This document shows, in pieces, positions 15,069-25,616 of a stretch of 64,000 bases of DNA. This stretch comes from a virus, in IMG/VR virus record IMGVR_UViG_3300032164_000003, positions 1-64,000 of that record; one strand, 5' to 3'. Below the pieces are notes generated by a model that saw only the letters and a program-made list of their open reading frames with translations, did no database searches and was not told the DNA's origin. The translations under genes were made by a program, and so were the position numbers. Within the stretch, counting starts at the first letter, position 1, and every line of letters begins with the position of its first letter.

Positions 15069-16094
15069 TTACAATTTTTGGTTTTTGTCACGTTCAATAC
15101 TTTGCGTCAAGTCAGTATACCCACTTGCTTGATCACGCTCTTCATGGTGCGCTACTGCATCGTCGCTTTCTTCTTTTGCATAAATGCTTATATCAGTTTT
15201 TGCAAATCTGTCTTTATGTACCTCAAATACTCTAGCAAATTCCTCTGCTGACATTTCAAAAGTCCTACCATCAAATGTTTCCGTTAAAATCTCCATCCAC
15301 TGATCCCCCCACTCATCCTGCAATTCTTTCAAATAATTATCATCTTTATGGTAATCCATCTCCCATGTTTGTAAAATATCATAAGCTTCTTGCAAGCAGC
15401 TATCGCCTGAAGCGTGATACCTGTTTTGGTCTACATAAATAGCTGCTTGGTGTGGCCCATAACCTTGTACGTTAAAAACAATAGCTGCATGAACGGGATC
15501 TTCACTCCCTAAGTCAACGGTGCCTTCTCCGCCTACAAATATGGCCGCTTCAAGGATCCTTTCAAACTCTTCTATACCACCAGCGGTACCCCGCTGTGCT
15601 ATTACCTGCTTCTTAGTCCTACGTGCTGTTTTAATGATCTTAGCAACCTTTTCCAGATCCTTCTTTTTATACTGCTTGACCTGGAACGGGTCTAGCACAA
15701 CAAGGTATTCCTTGCTGTCAGGAATATAGTCTACGACAGAGCCGTACCGACCCTCATCCTCGACATAGACATGCTGGCCAATGTTGAACTTGACTTCCTT
15801 GGCAGCATGCAGGGCAGTAACTTGCTCTACATGATCTTCCCACGTAGTCGTGCCCTTTCTAATTCTGGCTAATTTGCCATTTTTGGCCAGCACAATTAAA
15901 TTCTTTAGCCATTTGGCTGCCTGGCCATCGCCAGAGAACTCAAACGCTTTTGTGTAAATTCCCAGGTCATCGACAGAGATGAACCCGCTGGGATTGGCTT
16001 CACAACGCTGCCGTGCTAGTACGCGCAGCCGTGGAGCCTGTTCCGCAACTAGCTTTTCAAATTCTACATTAGAAAGAACTCTCATCGGGGTCAT
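15069..16094 (-). CDS. hypothetical modular protein with SH3/KOW-like segment
   Basis: FNIGQHVYVE..RYGSVVDY; GGAGG SD. Confidence 0.7.
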   Translation of the reverse strand: MTPMRVLSNVEFEKLVAEQAPRLRVLARQRCEANPSGFISVDDLGIYTKAFEFSGDGQAAKWLKNLIVLAKNGKLARIRKGTTTWEDHVEQVTALHAAKEVKFNIGQHVYVEDEGRYGSVVDYIPDSKEYLVVLDPFQVKQYKKKDLEKVAKIIKTARRTKKQVIAQRGTAGGIEEFERILEAAIFVGGEGTVDLGSEDPVHAAIVFNVQGYGPHQAAIYVDQNRYHASGDSCLQEAYDILQTWEMDYHKDDNYLKELQDEWGDQWMEILTETFDGRTFEMSAEEFARVFEVHKDRFAKTDISIYAKEESDDAVAHHEERDQASGYTDLTQSIERDKNQKL

Positions 16095-16103
16095 CCTCCG
16101 TAT

Positions 16104-16706
16104 TTAAACACTTTTCTGTGTTGGTTCCCTATAAATTTCGCTTTTGTCTGGCTGCTTTTCATCGTAGACGCTTACAGTATACCACCCTTCAGGATCAATC
16201 CATACTTCTACGGGCGCAGAGAGATCTGATACGGTATTTGTTTCAACAATCTTTTGTAAAACCATATCAACATCTACCCGATCTGGTTGTATACCAAACA
16301 CCTCTGCTGCCATGTCAGCCCAGTCTGTGTCAGACATTGATAAAATGGCATCGGACACGTTCGTTGGCCGCGTACTCTTCTGCGCGTTGTATGGATCGCC
16401 GTAGAACTCTGGCGAGAAGGAATGGCTATATGAAGCGGTGCGCCGTTGATTGAGCAAATCGACTGCATTAGCTAGATGAATCATTGCCATTGCTACATTT
16501 CGAACTTCTTGTACTTGACCAGGAAGTGGCCCACCTGTAGATACCCACTCGTGCATCTCAGAGATGCGGTCAACCAACTCAACAGATGCCTGCGCTAATT
16601 GTCCTGCCAATTCCTGCTGCGGGTAGGACTTTAACGCATTCTCTGCAAGAATGGCTACAGCTTCTGACGCTGTTATCAACTCGTTGTACATTACATCGAA
16701 GTCCAT
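16104..16706 (-). CDS. hypothetical acidic protein
   Basis: 200-aa ORF with AGGAG SD. Confidence 0.7.
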   Translation of the reverse strand: MDFDVMYNELITASEAVAILAENALKSYPQQELAGQLAQASVELVDRISEMHEWVSTGGPLPGQVQEVRNVAMAMIHLANAVDLLNQRRTASYSHSFSPEFYGDPYNAQKSTRPTNVSDAILSMSDTDWADMAAEVFGIQPDRVDVDMVLQKIVETNTVSDLSAPVEVWIDPEGWYTVSVYDEKQPDKSEIYREPTQKSV

Positions 16707-16715
16707 AACTAGCTC

Positions 16716-18740
16716 CTACAATTGCCCTGTGGGAATAAGGGGCGCTTCACCTTCGCCTGGGGATGGTTCGCCTAGCTCCTCTTCCTCTCCCGGGGAGAAC
16801 TGCGCATATTCATCCTCAAGCCGTTTGAACTCCATCCGGGCTTCATCGCCCGTTTCAAACCGATTGGTCTGAACAAAGCCTTGCTCACTCTCATAAAGAA
16901 TTGCTCCGCCAAGAACTTCTGTGCCCGTTTCGCTCATAATGTTCATTGGTGGATCAAACGTGACTAGACTATAGACTCCGAAATACTCATCTCCTATTGT
17001 TTCATCGGCAAACCCATTGGCCCATTGGCTGTAGATAAATTCATCTACATTGTCACTGAACTTTCCAGGACCACCCGGTTGGCTGGTAATCGTACGCGAA
17101 TTCTCATCTATGCCACCAATATCTTGTGCGCGAATTACCTTAGCGCGTTTCACAGTGGTATCGGTTGCGTCGAAGGCAATACGAAGTGCCCTAGGCATCA
17201 GACTTGCTGCAACCGGTGCTGGGGCTGACTCTGGAACAGGCTCTGCTGGCGCAGACATTGGAACCTGCGGTGCCGGTGCCACTGGAGCCGGGGCTGCTAC
17301 AGGTTGCTGCTGTTGCGGTTCAGTTACATCCTGTGGTACGGCGATCTCGTCAAAGATCTTCTGGCGTGCATCCTGGTTAACGATCCGTTCAACCTCGGCA
17401 GTTGCCGCCTGTGCAAGCTGTTGAGACACTTCTTTTATAGCTTGTTCAATGAAAGCCATTGTCTGTTCTGGGCTAGCTGATGTTTTCGACTTCATTGCGG
17501 CGAGCAGTTTGGTTTGAGTCAAGATCCAACGTTTAGCTTCGGAGCTAAACATGTTGGGGAATGCAGATTGTGCTTCAATACGCATATTACCCTCTATCTT
17601 TTCTAGGGTCCTCGTGTCGTACTTCTGACCCCGGCCTAATCCTAGTCCAACACCGTTCTGTGCGAAGCAATTTGGGCACATGTTGGCCCATGGACCCATA
17701 CGAGTTGCACCATCGACCCACCAAGGTTGATCTGCGATGGGCGCTCCACAAATATCACACTGCTCCGGAGCGGAACCCACCCACTTTTTTACCGGAAGGG
17801 CCTCTACTCGTAAAGATGCTCTCCAACGGTCTTGTCCTGGATCTTTGTTAATACTATCTTCCGGGGAGGCTTCATCTAGCTGCTGCTTGGCGGAGAAATC
17901 CGTTTTTACAGTGCCCCCCGCTGCTAACTTAGTGGCCTCTTCGAGAGCCTGCTGATATATGGACTGGTTCCAGCTTGGATCCATAACTTCGTATGTCCTA
18001 ATTGGATAACCAGCAACTTCCCATATGATATAAGCGTTCTTCCACTTGCTCCAAGAAATGGTAAGCTCTTTCTTAGCCACATGCCTGGAGTACTTATCTA
18101 TACCTCTGGTTTCTGCACCGTACTCAGCATCGATGGCATCGTCAGCGTCATCCCACAGTTCGTAGTTTTCGATTAGTGGTAGCTTCAGTCCGTGGTCTTC
18201 GTGATCGTCACTCCAGGAAACTCCGTGCCCCATGGACTGCATTGCAAGGTACCAACCAAAGGACTTTTCATCTTCGGCAGACCACGTCGTTAGGTCTGCT
18301 TGTTCTTGACCCTGACCAAGCTCTAGCTGCTCGCTTCCGAACCCGGGCGGCCTGAACGTGTCGAGGTTAACACCATTGGTTGTCTCTATGGTCTTCTTTA
18401 AATCCTCTGCAATCATGTAAGCTTTTTGAGGAACCTCTGGCATGACCTCGGTGATCTCTGTACCAGAGAGGTGACCACTAAGTCCACGCTCGTCCATCTT
18501 GTCCGCCCAGCAGGTTGCCCATAGCGCACGTGCCATGCCTTCAATTAGATAGCTGGAAGCGGTGACGCGGAGAGATCCTTCACTCTTCTTAGTCTCCGTC
18601 CGCTTCTTGGAAGGAGACATCTTGTGGTACCAGATTGACCCTACTGTAGAATCAACCTGCTCTTGAGAATAACTTGGATTCTTCTCTTTTACTTCCTTAG
18701 TCATTCTATCCCAAAATTCCTTGGGCGGTTTGGATGGCAT
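16716..18740 (-). CDS. modular acidic protein with internal Zn-binding domain; probably virion-associated
   Basis: CDICG..DGATRMGPWANMCPNC..GLGLGRGQKY; segments separated by LRVTAS, LRVEAL and MRIEAQ. Confidence 0.72.
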   Translation of the reverse strand: MPSKPPKEFWDRMTKEVKEKNPSYSQEQVDSTVGSIWYHKMSPSKKRTETKKSEGSLRVTASSYLIEGMARALWATCWADKMDERGLSGHLSGTEITEVMPEVPQKAYMIAEDLKKTIETTNGVNLDTFRPPGFGSEQLELGQGQEQADLTTWSAEDEKSFGWYLAMQSMGHGVSWSDDHEDHGLKLPLIENYELWDDADDAIDAEYGAETRGIDKYSRHVAKKELTISWSKWKNAYIIWEVAGYPIRTYEVMDPSWNQSIYQQALEEATKLAAGGTVKTDFSAKQQLDEASPEDSINKDPGQDRWRASLRVEALPVKKWVGSAPEQCDICGAPIADQPWWVDGATRMGPWANMCPNCFAQNGVGLGLGRGQKYDTRTLEKIEGNMRIEAQSAFPNMFSSEAKRWILTQTKLLAAMKSKTSASPEQTMAFIEQAIKEVSQQLAQAATAEVERIVNQDARQKIFDEIAVPQDVTEPQQQQPVAAPAPVAPAPQVPMSAPAEPVPESAPAPVAASLMPRALRIAFDATDTTVKRAKVIRAQDIGGIDENSRTITSQPGGPGKFSDNVDEFIYSQWANGFADETIGDEYFGVYSLVTFDPPMNIMSETGTEVLGGAILYESEQGFVQTNRFETGDEARMEFKRLEDEYAQFSPGEEEELGEPSPGEGEAPLIPTGQL

Positions 18741-18741
18741 T

Positions 18742-19743
18742 TTATACCTCTTTTATAGCATGCTTCAAATTTGTGTATCTTTGTGCACGATAATGCATAG
18801 TGCAAAGATTTTTGGCCAAACATTTATGTTCACAGCCTGGAATAGTGCAATGACTTGGCTGAATGTGACATTTTAGTTCTTTGCCTTTCGCAGACATGTA
18901 TTTGTCGTACTTTCTAGTTAATCGCATTCCAGTGGAATCTTTGTATATATAATTACAAATTCTTAAGGCATCACCATGTCCAAAACCCAATTGATAAATA
19001 CTGCTCGTAGTAGATATACAGCCACCATACGCAAGATTACATCGTTGTAATTCTTTCAATACATTATTTAAGAATTTCTTTGATGCAGATGCAATGCTAA
19101 GTGTCAGATATCCATCTTTTTCAGACCGACTAATGCATCCGTCTCCTTCTACGACGCCACGCAGAAAATGACTGAACGTCTTATTGGACACACAACTTGG
19201 AATAAATTCCTTCCCGGACTTTTTTCCCGGTGAAAAGCCTAACTTGACAAGACGATTAACTGCATCCTGTCTAAATTGTATGTGATACGCAGCCTTCGCA
19301 ATATATTTTGTGTTTTTCATGGGGCCGCTTTGAGTCACAGATATCTTATTTTTGTACTTTGTTTTTTCTTTCATTATATCTATTATTTCTTTATCTGTAA
19401 TACCTAATGCCACACTATTCCTTTTGGACACATGACCATCTGCCATTATCCATCCAAGGAACCAACTTCTAAACGGCGCATCTTTATTTAGAAATGAAAG
19501 ATCGTACGCACCAAGTTCCCGGCCCTTGTTTATACATGATCTGGAACAATACACACGTTCATTATATTTGCTTTTTAGCACTGTGAACGTTTTATGACAA
19601 CATGAACATTCTTTAGTTGTCCTTCCTAATCTAGACACCTCCTCCCCGAAGCACTGTTTGGAACAATACTTAGGTTTCTGCGACAGCCAGGCCTGGAAAA
19701 TCTTACCACAGTTCTGGCATGTAATATTTGTTTTAATTCCCAC
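18742..19743 (-). CDS. free-standing LAGLIDADG homing endonuclease with Zn-finger extensions
   Basis: WFLGWIMADG and FLRGVVEGDG; CQNCG..YCSKQC, YCSRSC, C-terminal C..PGC..LCTMHY; AT-rich. Confidence 0.85.
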   Translation of the reverse strand: MGIKTNITCQNCGKIFQAWLSQKPKYCSKQCFGEEVSRLGRTTKECSCCHKTFTVLKSKYNERVYCSRSCINKGRELGAYDLSFLNKDAPFRSWFLGWIMADGHVSKRNSVALGITDKEIIDIMKEKTKYKNKISVTQSGPMKNTKYIAKAAYHIQFRQDAVNRLVKLGFSPGKKSGKEFIPSCVSNKTFSHFLRGVVEGDGCISRSEKDGYLTLSIASASKKFLNNVLKELQRCNLAYGGCISTTSSIYQLGFGHGDALRICNYIYKDSTGMRLTRKYDKYMSAKGKELKCHIQPSHCTIPGCEHKCLAKNLCTMHYRAQRYTNLKHAIKEV

Positions 19744-20511
19744 TTACTTTGACTTTTTGTTATCTTTGCGGGTTGTATAATCCTTCACGAGTTCTTTCGC
19801 AAAATTTAAATCTCCGTACGATTCTGCGTAGTAATTCTCAAGTAGCTTCTTTTCCTTCTCTACACTGTACATTCCAAGCTCTTTGCCAGCGACCAAGCGC
19901 TTCTGGTTTCCGATCTGGACAAACGCGTTGCCGTAATCGTCGAACCGCAAGATGCGTCCAGGACCGTACGGAGTGTTTGCGATATCTCCAGCCTTTAGAT
20001 CGCCTTCATCGGCCTTTACTTCGATGTCATCGTTGTTCCGATAAAGAAGCAGGCCATCTTCACTGCGCTTCAATGTCCAGATCTCGTTCACAGTGGAATC
20101 AACGGCACGCTTATATATACCGGTTCCAATAGCTACGAATTCCGGGGGGATGTCGTTCATGCTCTTGATTGGGATAGATTCGGTAGCTGGGGCTAGACTA
20201 ATCAGGACGATTCCCTGGTCGGAATCCACCTGAGCCATGTCCCATTCAATTTCGTGTGTTGGATACGTCTTGGCGACGAGGGTAACCAAATCTTCCTCTG
20301 CTGGATGCCCTAACTGCGTGTCAAAGCGTACCGCTGCCGTAAATCTACCTGCCGTGCTTTTGGCATCGGTTGCGATTTGCAAGTCTGCCCGGTAACCGCG
20401 CTTAGCCAGTGCTGCCTTTAGTGTTGATACAAACTGGGTAGCTACCTCAGTCTTGTCAACGTTCAGGCGGTGGCTGATCTTCTGAAGCTTCTTTAGATTG
20501 GCGATACTCAT
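19744..20511 (-). CDS. hypothetical protein
   Basis: 255-aa ORF with AAGGAG SD. Confidence 0.7.
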   Translation of the reverse strand: MSIANLKKLQKISHRLNVDKTEVATQFVSTLKAALAKRGYRADLQIATDAKSTAGRFTAAVRFDTQLGHPAEEDLVTLVAKTYPTHEIEWDMAQVDSDQGIVLISLAPATESIPIKSMNDIPPEFVAIGTGIYKRAVDSTVNEIWTLKRSEDGLLLYRNNDDIEVKADEGDLKAGDIANTPYGPGRILRFDDYGNAFVQIGNQKRLVAGKELGMYSVEKEKKLLENYYAESYGDLNFAKELVKDYTTRKDNKKSK

Positions 20512-20585
20512 TTTACACGTCTCCTTCTCAATTTTTTATTGAGGTTTTTACTTTCAAACTGTTACTGGAAAAAGAAAGGGCGGGA

Positions 20586-21080
20586 TTACTTTGTTCTTGG
20601 AATCCTGCTAAACAACTTTGCCGGCCTATTTTTCTTACGTTTCTTGGCATATGTATCTTTACGTTTTCCCGCCGCATTATTTGCCATGAAGGCTAAATAA
20701 TCTGGGCCACAGTATTTCGCTATGATTGAATAGAAGTATGGGATTGATACACCGAGCGCGCCGCACTGTGCTTTTATGCTTCCGTACTGTCGTGTTGTTT
20801 CCTTGAGGATGTCTACAATGTCCATCTTGAACTTGCGTTCCAAGGATATTATTTTTCTTGGTTTTTTCTGGAAACATTCGCGGCAGCACCAAAGATAGGG
20901 GCGTAGCATTCTTTGGATACTTACATTCTGTATTGGTTTTCCACAAACTGCGCAAGTCAAAACCTCGCGACCTGCTTTTATCCAATCCTGCAGAAGCTTG
21001 TTTTCAATTTGCAGCCAATCTATGTTCGTTTCGATGTGTCGTTCAACAGCATCGTTGTCGTACGCACTACTATATAGCAT
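20586..21080 (-). CDS. Zn-finger/HTH-like protein
   Basis: CAVCG..WCCREC; ALGVSIPYFYSII helix-turn-helix-like segment. Confidence 0.6.
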   Translation of the reverse strand: MLYSSAYDNDAVERHIETNIDWLQIENKLLQDWIKAGREVLTCAVCGKPIQNVSIQRMLRPYLWCCRECFQKKPRKIISLERKFKMDIVDILKETTRQYGSIKAQCGALGVSIPYFYSIIAKYCGPDYLAFMANNAAGKRKDTYAKKRKKNRPAKLFSRIPRTK

Positions 21081-21097
21081 AGTTTACTCCAAATTGT

Positions 21098-21382
21098 TTA
21101 ACTTATGTTGTCGTATTCTTCCGTTTTCGTAAGCGTATTTGATCCTTGGCGCAGCTTAAATATAGCACTTTCGTAGATTTTTGTTATCTCCTCTATGGAA
21201 AGTCCTTCAATTTCAGCTATTTCTTGAAAAGAGAGTTTCGCGCCAGTAAATTCGAGTTGTTCTGCGAGGACCCAGAAACAGCGATTATATCTAGAGTTGC
21301 AGACGTACCAATCACATACGGTGCAGTCACAAGGCAGGAGCGGTAATGTCATGCGTCGTAAAACGCATTTATGCACAAACAT
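21098..21382 (-). CDS. sigma70 region-4-like HTH protein with Cys-rich N-terminus
   Basis: LSFQEIAEIEGLSIEEITKIYESAIFKLR; start moved to the ATG at 21382 to avoid overlap with nrdJ. Confidence 0.65.
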   Translation of the reverse strand: MFVHKCVLRRMTLPLLPCDCTVCDWYVCNSRYNRCFWVLAEQLEFTGAKLSFQEIAEIEGLSIEEITKIYESAIFKLRQGSNTLTKTEEYDNIS

Positions 21383-21386
21383 GGCG

Positions 21387-23663
21387 CTATCCGCATTTGC
21401 TGTACCCACAGGAGGCGCATTCTGTACAGCCACTGGCTTGATACAGAACTTCCCCGCACTCTGGGCATAGCTCCCCGCTAATCTCTGGAGGGATTGTTTG
21501 TTTTGATCGCTTTGGTCGGTCTTCGTAAGTTTCATCACGTTCTAAGAACTCCGAGAATCCCTCGTAGTTGTCTTTGAATTGTTGTAGTACATAGGCAACC
21601 GCGTCAGGGACCGATTTTACGGATCTGCCGTTGTCGAATATAGGGTTTGACTTATGGCCTGCCAAATGGCCGATGAGTGTCTCGACAGGAATTCCGTGTT
21701 TTAGGGAATGGGAAATTAACCTACCTTCTGCCTCTACATGCGTTGCAATTTCAGATCCCGCCTTACTTATGTGTATGAATGTTTCACGAATGCCATAGGG
21801 ATCTTCGTTTACTGTTATGTACGCCTTGCCCCCGGGGGTATTTATCTTGAAGGTGGCCCCGAATAGCACACGCGGCCGGTCGCGCGTAGCTGGTCGCGCG
21901 GTAGTAAGCTCTTTTGAAATCTGCTCTACCTCTTCCTGTATCTCTTTTTGTTCTTTTACTAGGACTTCTGATTGGCGGCTACCACTTCTATATACTGTAA
22001 TTGACTTGCACCCTGTACGATATGCCAATCTAAATATATTCGATACCTCTTCAACTGTAGCGCTGTGTGGCAGGTTTACAGTTTTACTTACACTTTCATC
22101 GAGATATTTCTGGATGCGTCCCTGAACGGCAACGTGTGCTTCGGGGCTTATTTCTAGGGCGGTCTTGGCGTATGGTGGAAGATCATCTCCGAACTTTTCT
22201 AGCATAAAGTGACGCATCTTATGCGTCCCGAAGCTGTCATTACGTGTATATTCCCATTGGAATACTGGTTCTATTCCGCTGGACACTTGATTGCATATCA
22301 TTGAGATCGTACCAGTCGGCGGGGCAGTGAGTAGAAAACCGTTTCTTCTTTCTATACTGTTTTCTTTAAGATCCGCAGGAATCCCACGGACAGATCCCAG
22401 GTGCTCGGAAGTAAGACTGGCGGTTGACTTGATCAGCCCAAATATGTCATCGATAAGTTCCAAACTGTGTTTACTGCCATACTCTGTACCAAGCTTCAGC
22501 ATAAGATCATGCAACCCCATTGTGCCCAAACCAATAGGGCGCATCTTTAGTGTCATACGCTCTATTTCTGGAAGCGGGTAATTATTAATATCTATGACGT
22601 TATCAAGGAAGCGAATTCCAAGACGCGTCAACACACATAACTTTTCTGTATCTAACCTAACCGGATCCTGCATGATGCAAGTAGCCAAATTTATAGAGGC
22701 CAAATTACATGAACTATAATTGTGCAGCGGAAGTTCGGAACATGGATTTACCAACAATTTCCCGTACTTACCATGCACCACATCATCTTTATCTAACCTG
22801 TCCTGAAATATAATACCAGGCTCGCCGTTTCTATGAGAGTGACCAATTAGTACATCCCATATTTCCTTAGCTCGTATTGTTTTAGATTCTTTTGCTTTTG
22901 GATGGGACAATGTTATATTCTTATCAACTTCAACAGCGAGCAAAAATTCATCTGTTACAAATACTGACAAATTGAAATTGGATAACTCACCTTCTTTTTC
23001 TTTACACGTAATAAATTTCAGAATGTCTGGATGGTCCACACGCAAGCCGGCGAGCAGCGCTGCCCGCCTTGCGCCACCCTGCTTTACCTGATTTCCTGTC
23101 TCATTGAATACTTTAAGGAAGGAGATTGGGCCGCTGGACACTCCGCCGCGATTACCCACGGGGGAGCCCTCTGGTCGCAGATCGGACAACTCCAATCCGC
23201 AGCCTCCTCCCTTTTGGCTAATGATCGCTACGTGTTTTACAACATCAAAGATCCCTTCCATTGTGTCCGGAACTCGTATGGCGAAACAACTAGACAACAT
23301 TCCGCCCAATCCCGCATTCATCAATGTCGGAGTTGCCGGCATGAAGGACAGATCACACATTGCATCGTAGTAAACACGTGCAGCGTCACTCCACTCTTTT
23401 GATACATCGACAAACGGGAATTGTGCATTTACATCTACGGTCAGTCCACGTCGAAGAAATACACGTTCTGCTACATTTTCCCAAGGATGAAAGTGCTTTT
23501 GATAGTCTACCGGGAGCGCGTTATTTATTATTAGTTTATCTATTACATCCGGAATAGAGCAGACACGCGCAACTCGCAAGAATACGTCTTCTGGTTTACT
23601 TTCGTCCGGAGCGTAATACTTGGATTGTAGAATGTGCGTAGCTAGTTGATTAAGAGCGGTCAT
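21387..23663 (-). CDS. nrdJ: class II (adenosylcobalamin-dependent) ribonucleotide reductase with TSCPD-like C-terminal domain
   Basis: PATPTLMNAG, LSSCF, KQGGARR, GEPG, NPCSE, CNLASINL, APPTGT, SKTVN, KSVPDA, terminal CPECG..CASCGYSKC. Confidence 0.93.
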   Translation of the reverse strand: MTALNQLATHILQSKYYAPDESKPEDVFLRVARVCSIPDVIDKLIINNALPVDYQKHFHPWENVAERVFLRRGLTVDVNAQFPFVDVSKEWSDAARVYYDAMCDLSFMPATPTLMNAGLGGMLSSCFAIRVPDTMEGIFDVVKHVAIISQKGGGCGLELSDLRPEGSPVGNRGGVSSGPISFLKVFNETGNQVKQGGARRAALLAGLRVDHPDILKFITCKEKEGELSNFNLSVFVTDEFLLAVEVDKNITLSHPKAKESKTIRAKEIWDVLIGHSHRNGEPGIIFQDRLDKDDVVHGKYGKLLVNPCSELPLHNYSSCNLASINLATCIMQDPVRLDTEKLCVLTRLGIRFLDNVIDINNYPLPEIERMTLKMRPIGLGTMGLHDLMLKLGTEYGSKHSLELIDDIFGLIKSTASLTSEHLGSVRGIPADLKENSIERRNGFLLTAPPTGTISMICNQVSSGIEPVFQWEYTRNDSFGTHKMRHFMLEKFGDDLPPYAKTALEISPEAHVAVQGRIQKYLDESVSKTVNLPHSATVEEVSNIFRLAYRTGCKSITVYRSGSRQSEVLVKEQKEIQEEVEQISKELTTARPATRDRPRVLFGATFKINTPGGKAYITVNEDPYGIRETFIHISKAGSEIATHVEAEGRLISHSLKHGIPVETLIGHLAGHKSNPIFDNGRSVKSVPDAVAYVLQQFKDNYEGFSEFLERDETYEDRPKRSKQTIPPEISGELCPECGEVLYQASGCTECASCGYSKCG

Positions 23664-23669
23664 ATAATC

Positions 23670-25616
23670 TTAGCCTTTCGTTCTTATATTCGATATGCCA
23701 TCTGTTAAGGATACGTTCCAGAAATGATCAAACAGGCGGGAATCAAGTTCTTGGTGGGATATGATCTTTACCGAGATCGTTCCCATACTTTTTATGATAT
23801 CTATAACGGAGTCAAACACTCTATTTATAATCTCTTCGTCAAGAGTACCAAAAACCTCGTCTAGCCACAACGACGAGACGCCCTTTTGCGATATAGAATT
23901 AGCTGTTTTCCATACGCTCAACAAAACTGATAATCCCACTTCGGTAGACTGTCCACCAGAACACAGTTCAATTGGCAAAACCTTATAGCTGTCATATACC
24001 AAAATTCCTATCTTGTCAAGAGTTCTCTTCTTGTCCGCCGTCCGTTTTTGAGAAACAAATTCAGCCCGATACACCCCATCAGAGATTTTTTCTAGTATTT
24101 CCTTCATGTGCATGTTCAAAAACTGCAAGACCAAGTCTATCTTGTACATCTTCATCTTTTTGAACACCGCCAGGGCACCAGCAAGATATTGAATGTCTAT
24201 TGTCTTCTTCGTTATCTGTTTCTTTAGCGCGGCTATTGCCCGCTCTTTCTCTTCCAGTGCATTATTAACCTTGTCGCGCAGTGCCTGTTTCTCCTGGGCT
24301 ACAGCAATCGCTGTCTGTATATCTGATCGTCTCTTTAGTAGTTGATTTAACTTGGCAGTTCCGGTACTGATAAGGCCCCTATACTTGTCTAGTTCTTTGT
24401 TCTTCTCTGCCAAACTTGGAATGGCCCCGTCAAGCTTGAACGTTTTTATGAGGTCTTCTTTAGCTTCAAGCGAGTACTTCGTGTCATTGTACTCCCTGGC
24501 TATAGTGCACGCTTTTTGTACATCGCTAAGAGAGCAACTTAGTTTCTCAAGATCTGTCTTTGCCAGATCTCGTTCTTGCTTGCATCTGACAAATGTTTTC
24601 TTGCTATGTTTTACAGGTACATTTACTGGACAATCTTTTGCAGTAATAGGACAAGTATTCTTTAGCTCTTTTGCGTTGGCAATTTTCTCGCGTAGATCGC
24701 GCAGCTTGTTTTCTGCATCTGCGTGTAGTCGAGTGAGTCTATCTAATTCCCGTTCTAGAGAGGACTGATCTGTTTGTGGCTTTTTTATTGCAGCAAGTTC
24801 TTTTTTCAAATCAGCAATCTGATTCTTGATCTTCTCAATATGATCCCGTTGCCGATCAAGTGCCGTCGCGCGTCCTATAATCTTATTTATTTCATCTGCC
24901 TTGTCACGGATCTTTTCAATTGTTTCCTCTGTGGACTTTATCGTTTGGTCAACTTTGGCAAGATCCTTAGGATCTGGTACATCGGCGGATGGTTCATCGA
25001 GCAGAGATTGCTCTAGATGTTCAAATTCTTGCTCGGACTGTTCCAGCGTTTCCGTAAACTCCTTTTTCTCATTTGTTGTGTTCTTTACGTCAGCTTCGCA
25101 TGTCTCAAGCAATGTGTCGTAGCGCTTAAGGCCAAAGATATCTACCAATGCTCTTGCCCTGTCTGCCTCATCGCCATCGACTAAAAGTTGTGTCTGTCGT
25201 TGCCCCAGGAATGCAATAGATCGGAAATCGTCTGCGGCCATCCCCAGTGTTTCCACAATGCGCTTGCGCGTGTCTGGATCTGTCTTACCGCGAAGCTTTG
25301 TGCCGTCTTCTCTACGAAAGTACAGTCCAGATCTAGGCCGCTCCCTAATTTCCCGTACCTTGTACTTTACGTCATCAACAGAGAATACAAGAGAGATGTC
25401 GTACCCTCTTTTGAGTACTTTATTAACAAGATTATTTACGGTGCTCTTTTTTCTGAGTGTCTTTCCGAAGAGAAGATAGAAGATCGCCTCAAGAATGGCT
25501 GATTTCCCAGCGCCGAGTTTCCCCTTTATCCAGGTTATTCCGGGTTCGTCTAATTTTATTACGGCTTTGTCATAACTTAACCAGCCGTCGAGTTTGAGTG
25601 TGTGTAAGTTTATCAT
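23670..25616 (-). CDS. SbcC/Rad50/gp46-like SMC ATPase
   Basis: Walker A GAGKS, coiled coil with central CP..C, signature CSGGQ, Walker B WLDE, H-loop ISH. Confidence 0.88.
   Translation of the reverse strand: MINLHTLKLDGWLSYDKAVIKLDEPGITWIKGKLGAGKSAILEAIFYLLFGKTLRKKSTVNNLVNKVLKRGYDISLVFSVDDVKYKVREIRERPRSGLYFRREDGTKLRGKTDPDTRKRIVETLGMAADDFRSIAFLGQRQTQLLVDGDEADRARALVDIFGLKRYDTLLETCEADVKNTTNEKKEFTETLEQSEQEFEHLEQSLLDEPSADVPDPKDLAKVDQTIKSTEETIEKIRDKADEINKIIGRATALDRQRDHIEKIKNQIADLKKELAAIKKPQTDQSSLERELDRLTRLHADAENKLRDLREKIANAKELKNTCPITAKDCPVNVPVKHSKKTFVRCKQERDLAKTDLEKLSCSLSDVQKACTIAREYNDTKYSLEAKEDLIKTFKLDGAIPSLAEKNKELDKYRGLISTGTAKLNQLLKRRSDIQTAIAVAQEKQALRDKVNNALEEKERAIAALKKQITKKTIDIQYLAGALAVFKKMKMYKIDLVLQFLNMHMKEILEKISDGVYRAEFVSQKRTADKKRTLDKIGILVYDSYKVLPIELCSGGQSTEVGLSVLLSVWKTANSISQKGVSSLWLDEVFGTLDEEIINRVFDSVIDIIKSMGTISVKIISHQELDSRLFDHFWNVSLTDGISNIRTKG

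Noticed and set aside
21387-23663. Intein or intron in the ribonucleotide reductase (also checked the terminase and DnaB)
   Set aside because: Motifs are contiguous and lengths are normal; no splice-junction signatures.
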